A DNA stretch of 64,000 nucleotides, from positions 14,157-78,156 of the forward strand of contig CAZBMV010000002.1 in the NCBI GenBank assembly GCA_964493145.1, in the 5' to 3' direction. This DNA is from an uncultured Candidatus Saccharibacteria bacterium. GTDB lineage: Bacteria > Patescibacteriota > Minisyncoccia > Phycocordibacterales > UBA918. Both the position numbers and the translations under genes were made by a program. Shown piece by piece: positions 59,876-64,000 of this stretch (the first letter of the stretch is position 1; each line of letters starts with the position of its first letter). The notes below the pieces were generated by a model. The model was not told the DNA's origin. It was given only the letters and a program-made list of their open reading frames with translations, and searched no databases.

Positions 59876-60721
59876 TTATTGTGTTGTTTTTTGCTTTATG
59901 AGTGCCATTGCACCATAGATTCCACCCTCGTCTTTAAGCATCGCGTCCACAATGGGAGGGCATGGCAAGAGGCCATCAAGCGCTTCAGTGGTGTACTTTA
60001 CAATTGGGTCAAGGAAGATACGCGGATCGCCCACAATCATAGATCCGCCCAGAACAATGGCATCCGGTGACCAGTAGACGACGGTATTTTTTAGGCCCGA
60101 AGCCAGGTATTTTGCCAATTCATCCCACACGTGATCGTCTTGCGGTATTTCGTATGGTTTTACCCCTCGCTGTCGTTCAAGCGAAGCGCCCGATACTAGA
60201 TTTTCAAGGGTCGGAGGGATGTGATTCCCGAGGAGCGTGCGGTCAATATCAAGCACTTGGTGTCCCGGTTCAAATCCAACACTCACGACATCAAGTTTTC
60301 CATTGACAAATCGTGCACCTCCGACTCCCGTACTCACCGTGTGGTACGCGACGATGTTGTACCCCTTCCCCGCCCCGAATGCGACCTCGCCGAGACCGAC
60401 GATGGCCGTGTCATTTTCAAGGTACGTGGGAACACCAAAAACTCCGCCGAGGTCGGTGGTTAGAGAACGCCCGACCCAATCACTGAGTACTTTCTCACTC
60501 ACAATGCCGGTCTTCTCGTGATTGAGTGGCCCGCGAATACCTCCCGCCATTGCGGTAATCTGTTGATTTTTTCTCACCGACTCAATGGCGTTCACAATCG
60601 CTCCGATTCCCTCTCGGTACGTGAGTGGGGTGTCAAACTTAATAATGTCGGAAACCGTCATGAGATCATCACTCGCGGCGACCCGCGTTTTTGTTCCACC
60701 GATGTCAAAGAGGATGTACAT
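59876..60721 (-). CDS. ROK family sugar kinase
   Basis: FDIGGTK, ENDT, STGVGG, EPGH. Confidence 0.92.
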   Translation of the reverse strand: MYILFDIGGTKTRVAASDDLMTVSDIIKFDTPLTYREGIGAIVNAIESVRKNQQITAMAGGIRGPLNHEKTGIVSEKVLSDWVGRSLTTDLGGVFGVPTYLENDTAIVGLGEVAFGAGKGYNIVAYHTVSTGVGGARFVNGKLDVVSVGFEPGHQVLDIDRTLLGNHIPPTLENLVSGASLERQRGVKPYEIPQDDHVWDELAKYLASGLKNTVVYWSPDAIVLGGSMIVGDPRIFLDPIVKYTTEALDGLLPCPPIVDAMLKDEGGIYGAMALIKQKTTQ

Positions 60722-60724
60722 ACG

Positions 60725-61981
60725 TTACTTGGTGAGTGCCGATCGTGTGTGGGACTTGTATGACTCAACACTTGGCTGTATGAACGGATTGATGTTGAGG
60801 AGGTGTGCGAGAACCATCATTTCGCACATGAGTGAGGTGAGGAGCGTACCGACTTCTTCGGCGTCTACCGATGCGAGTTCAATTTTTTCGTACGGCAACG
60901 ACTGCTCGTCGTATGCTTTGAGAACACCGGTGCGAATTGCTCCCCGTATCTCTGGCACACGCTTTCCTCCGAGGTGAGGCACGTGTTTTACGAGCCAGTG
61001 GTTCTTGGGTACCGATGTCGCACCCAACTCAGGAGCGAGTACAAAGCGTGTGTACACACCCCTGTAGCCGCCAAGGTAGAGCTCGGCAACCGAGTGGAGG
61101 TCTGCGTCTGTGGTGACGGTAGGATTGAGGTGGTTGATAAATTTTTTACCGTCTACTGTCGTGTGTCTCCCGATGCTCTCTGCGAGGAGTTGGCGATACC
61201 ACAGTCCGACCGTGCGAAGGCGCTTGTTGAAGGTGAAGAAGTTTACCGTGTGTACTCCCTGCGCTGCCATACGAGCGAGTACAGACGCTCGCTTCTCAAT
61301 AGTTGCAAAACTTTTTTTCGTGCATGCATTCCGTGCTCCGCGAAGAAAACTTTCTGTGTCAATCTTTAGGAGCGTGAGCGGTACCATGCCCGCGGCGGTG
61401 AAAACGGAATACCTGCCTCCGATTGATGAAGGTAGGGTGAGAGTGCACACGTTCTTTTCGTGTCCCATGGTGACGAGCGCACTTCCCTCATCACCCACGA
61501 ACACCACCTGTGCGCGCGACTTCTCTCCGAATTTCTTTTCAAAGAGCTGCAGAACACACGTTGCATTCGTAACCGTTTCCGTCGTCGTACCTGACTTACT
61601 TATGATAACGACGGCGATATCTTTTACCTTTGAAACCGTAGCGAGGCGTGCGCGGAACGCAGAAATGTTTTCTTCATCAAGTGTATCCATGACGAGGAGT
61701 GACGGGCTCTTGTCGGTCTTGAGCGCGCTGTACACCGCTTCTGTTCCGAGACTGGAACCGCCGATACCCACGAGAACGACGTGATGTACGCCGGAAAAGC
61801 GACGCAGTGTGGAGCGTATGTGGTTCTGATATGCGGTATCTGCGCTTATGGCGAGTGATGATTCCGACGCAGCGTAGTCGCGATTTTTTATGACCTTCGC
61901 GATATGCGTCACATACTCGCCGGCATGCGATGACTGCGCATCACTTTTTTGTAACGGTGTGTGTGAAAATGATGATCGCAT
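60725..61981 (-). CDS. pgi: Glucose-6-phosphate isomerase
   Basis: GIGGSSLG, SKSGTTTET, GGRYSV, QLLAES, NPFIQPSVESYK. Confidence 0.92.
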   Translation of the reverse strand: MRSSFSHTPLQKSDAQSSHAGEYVTHIAKVIKNRDYAASESSLAISADTAYQNHIRSTLRRFSGVHHVVLVGIGGSSLGTEAVYSALKTDKSPSLLVMDTLDEENISAFRARLATVSKVKDIAVVIISKSGTTTETVTNATCVLQLFEKKFGEKSRAQVVFVGDEGSALVTMGHEKNVCTLTLPSSIGGRYSVFTAAGMVPLTLLKIDTESFLRGARNACTKKSFATIEKRASVLARMAAQGVHTVNFFTFNKRLRTVGLWYRQLLAESIGRHTTVDGKKFINHLNPTVTTDADLHSVAELYLGGYRGVYTRFVLAPELGATSVPKNHWLVKHVPHLGGKRVPEIRGAIRTGVLKAYDEQSLPYEKIELASVDAEEVGTLLTSLMCEMMVLAHLLNINPFIQPSVESYKSHTRSALTK

Positions 61982-61989
61982 ACGCTGTA

Positions 61990-62733
61990 CTATATCTGAC
62001 GTGGTGCCGCTAAATCTACGTGCGCAACGATGTACTCGTACGCCTCATCAACCGAATCCACAATATGGAAGAGATCCATATCTTCAGGACTGATGGTCTT
62101 ATACTGCTTGAGTAACTTTTTATCAAACAATTCAAGAATCGAAGCCCAAAAATCTTTTCCGTAGAGCACAATGGGGATGCGGGCAATCTTTTCTGTTTGG
62201 ATGAGGGTGACAATCTCCAACAGTTCATCCAGTGTTCCGAATCCGCCCGGAAAGTACACGTAGACTTCGGAGGCAAATGAGAGCATGACCTTGCGAGAAA
62301 AAAAGTAGTGGAACGTTTCTGACTCAGTGACGTACGGATTCAACTTTTGTTCTGTGGGAAGCACGATGTTGAGACCGAGGGACTTACCACCAACCTTAAA
62401 TGAGCCGACGTTAGCGGCCTCCATGATACCGGGGCCTCCGCCGGTAATAATTGTAAAGCCCTTTTTCGCAAGTTTTGCGGCGAGCGACTCTGCGGCTTTG
62501 TATACCGGATCACGAGGGGTGAGGCGAGCGCTTCCAAAAAATGTGGCGGCGGTGCTGTATTTGCGAAGAACATCAAATCCGTTCACGAACTCCGACATGA
62601 TGCGGAAGATGCGCCACGACTGAACCGCGTTATCACTCTCAAAGAGATCGGTCATGACCCTGCAGTGCATGTTCCGATCATCCTTTTTTAAATTAAATTT
62701 TTTCGCTGAGGTGCTCTTTTTTTTGAATGCCAT
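61990..62733 (-). CDS. LOG family (TIGR00730-type) nucleotide phosphoribohydrolase
   Basis: FGSAR, TGGGPGIMEAAN, FF.RK, PGGFGTLDE. Confidence 0.93.
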   Translation of the reverse strand: MAFKKKSTSAKKFNLKKDDRNMHCRVMTDLFESDNAVQSWRIFRIMSEFVNGFDVLRKYSTAATFFGSARLTPRDPVYKAAESLAAKLAKKGFTIITGGGPGIMEAANVGSFKVGGKSLGLNIVLPTEQKLNPYVTESETFHYFFSRKVMLSFASEVYVYFPGGFGTLDELLEIVTLIQTEKIARIPIVLYGKDFWASILELFDKKLLKQYKTISPEDMDLFHIVDSVDEAYEYIVAHVDLAAPRQI

Positions 62734-62753
62734 GGTGAAATTGTACCACGACG

Positions 62754-63347
62754 TCACGCCCACGGGACCTCATACTGTTCAAATTCTGGGAGTAATTTTT
62801 TCCCATAGAGGAGGCGCGAGATGACCTCGGCATGCGAGAGTGCACCGGTGAGTGCGCTGTGTGGTTTTGGTTCATCGGGTATGCCACAGTAGTTGAGTAC
62901 GGCGTCAAGATTGAGCGCAGAGCGACGATGCTGTGGGTCTGTAGGAGGTGTGACGCCGTGCGCCACCATGTGCATGTAGCAGAGCGAATGTGTATCTATG
63001 GTGCGGTGTGCGAGATCCCACGGAAGCCCTTCACGCCTGCATGCCGCTTTTAGAAAATCTCTATCAAATGAGACATTCTGCCCTGCGAGGGTACGATCAG
63101 CCATGTGCTGAGACCACTCAAAGAACTTGCGCACAATTTCACCCTCTGAAGGCTTTGTCGCATCGGTAACCTCTTCACGTGTGAATCCATTCACCTCAAG
63201 TGCTTCATCCATAACGTGTGCACCTTCCCACATGCAACACTCTTCATAGAAACGATTGATTGGGTCACTGAAATCAACCGCCCCGAGCGAGACAATTGAG
63301 TGAATCCCCGCCTCGGTTCCCGTCGCTTCTATATCTATGACAATCAT
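62754..63347 (-). CDS. DEDDh 3'-5' exonuclease
   Basis: IDIEATG, QNVSFD, PHSAL. Confidence 0.88.
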   Translation of the reverse strand: MIVIDIEATGTEAGIHSIVSLGAVDFSDPINRFYEECCMWEGAHVMDEALEVNGFTREEVTDATKPSEGEIVRKFFEWSQHMADRTLAGQNVSFDRDFLKAACRREGLPWDLAHRTIDTHSLCYMHMVAHGVTPPTDPQHRRSALNLDAVLNYCGIPDEPKPHSALTGALSHAEVISRLLYGKKLLPEFEQYEVPWA

Positions 63348-63398
63348 ACGTGTAAGCATACCATGGCGTAGGAGCATCTCTTTCTATACAATATTTGC

Positions 63399-64000
63399 AT
63401 GGACGTACACATTGAGGATTCGTGGAAGACAGCAATCGGTGAAGAGTTTGAAAAACCATACTTTAAACTTCTTACCGAAAAGGTGCGCACCGCGTACACG
63501 AGTGGTGTTCCTGTGTATCCTCCACCGAAACACATTTTCCGTGCCTTTGAACTTTGCCCTTTTGATGCGGTGCGCGTCGTGATACTCGGACAAGATCCGT
63601 ACCACGGACCGCATCAGGCACACGGACTCTGTTTTTCCGTTAACGACGACATCCCCATTCCTCCATCACTCAAGAACATACACAAGGAACTTCGCGATGA
63701 CCTCGGCACGCCCATTCCCATGACCGGTAACCTCACGCACTGGGGCGTGCAGGGAGTTCTCCTCCTCAATGCGACACTCACCGTCCATGCGGGAATTGCC
63801 GGTTCACACCAAGGGTGGGGGTGGGAAGAATTTACCGATGCTGTTATTCACGCAATTTCGGAAAAGAATACACACGTTGTCTTTCTTCTCTGGGGCAAGT
63901 ACGCACAGGGTAAGCGAACGCTCATAGACGAGACAAAGCACCTCGTCCTCACCGCCGCACACCCTTCCCCGCTCTCAGCACATAATGGTTTTTTCGGGTG
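63399..64000 (+). CDS. ung: Uracil-DNA glycosylase (runs off the window end)
   Basis: GQDPYHG, GLCFSV, PPSL.NI, LLLN, HPSPLSA. Confidence 0.96.
   Translation, partial: MDVHIEDSWKTAIGEEFEKPYFKLLTEKVRTAYTSGVPVYPPPKHIFRAFELCPFDAVRVVILGQDPYHGPHQAHGLCFSVNDDIPIPPSLKNIHKELRDDLGTPIPMTGNLTHWGVQGVLLLNATLTVHAGIAGSHQGWGWEEFTDAVIHAISEKNTHVVFLLWGKYAQGKRTLIDETKHLVLTAAHPSPLSAHNGFFG

Overview
Gene-dense bacterial chromosome segment using the standard code. It most resembles a Patescibacteria/CPR (Parcubacteria-like) genome; this is an inference from compact housekeeping genes, a short AlaRS, a Zn-free L36 and CPR-type hypothetical families. Bases 1-27000 and 43975-64000 are mostly core genes: typA end, leuS, mltG, mnmA, alaS, infA-rpmJ-rpsM-rpsK-rpsD-rpoA-rplQ-rplM-rpsI, grpE-dnaK-dnaJ, trpS, T-box-aspS, pepA, scpAB, dacA-mraY-ftsW-murG, gltX, murI, ROK/pgi and ung. 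About 27-43.8 kb is an accessory region, AT-rich over about 32.6-43 kb, with TA modules, gene fragments and two candidate new systems. (1) Three paralogues of an uncharacterised ~255-aa family, two of them coupled to a 7TM histidine kinase whose sensor half is AT-rich and whose kinase half has host-like composition. This resembles a swappable signal-synthase/receptor cassette, and the kinase 3' end is repeated 3.4 kb downstream. (2) Three RNase-fold toxin genes (PemK/MazF, BECR-like, NYN) lacking protein antitoxins, each facing a convergent sigma70 promoter and a short structured RNA, which are candidate RNA antitoxins. Several other structured non-coding elements are present. No rRNA, tRNA, CRISPR array or integrase was seen. 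All calls come from reading the sequence; no database searches were run.
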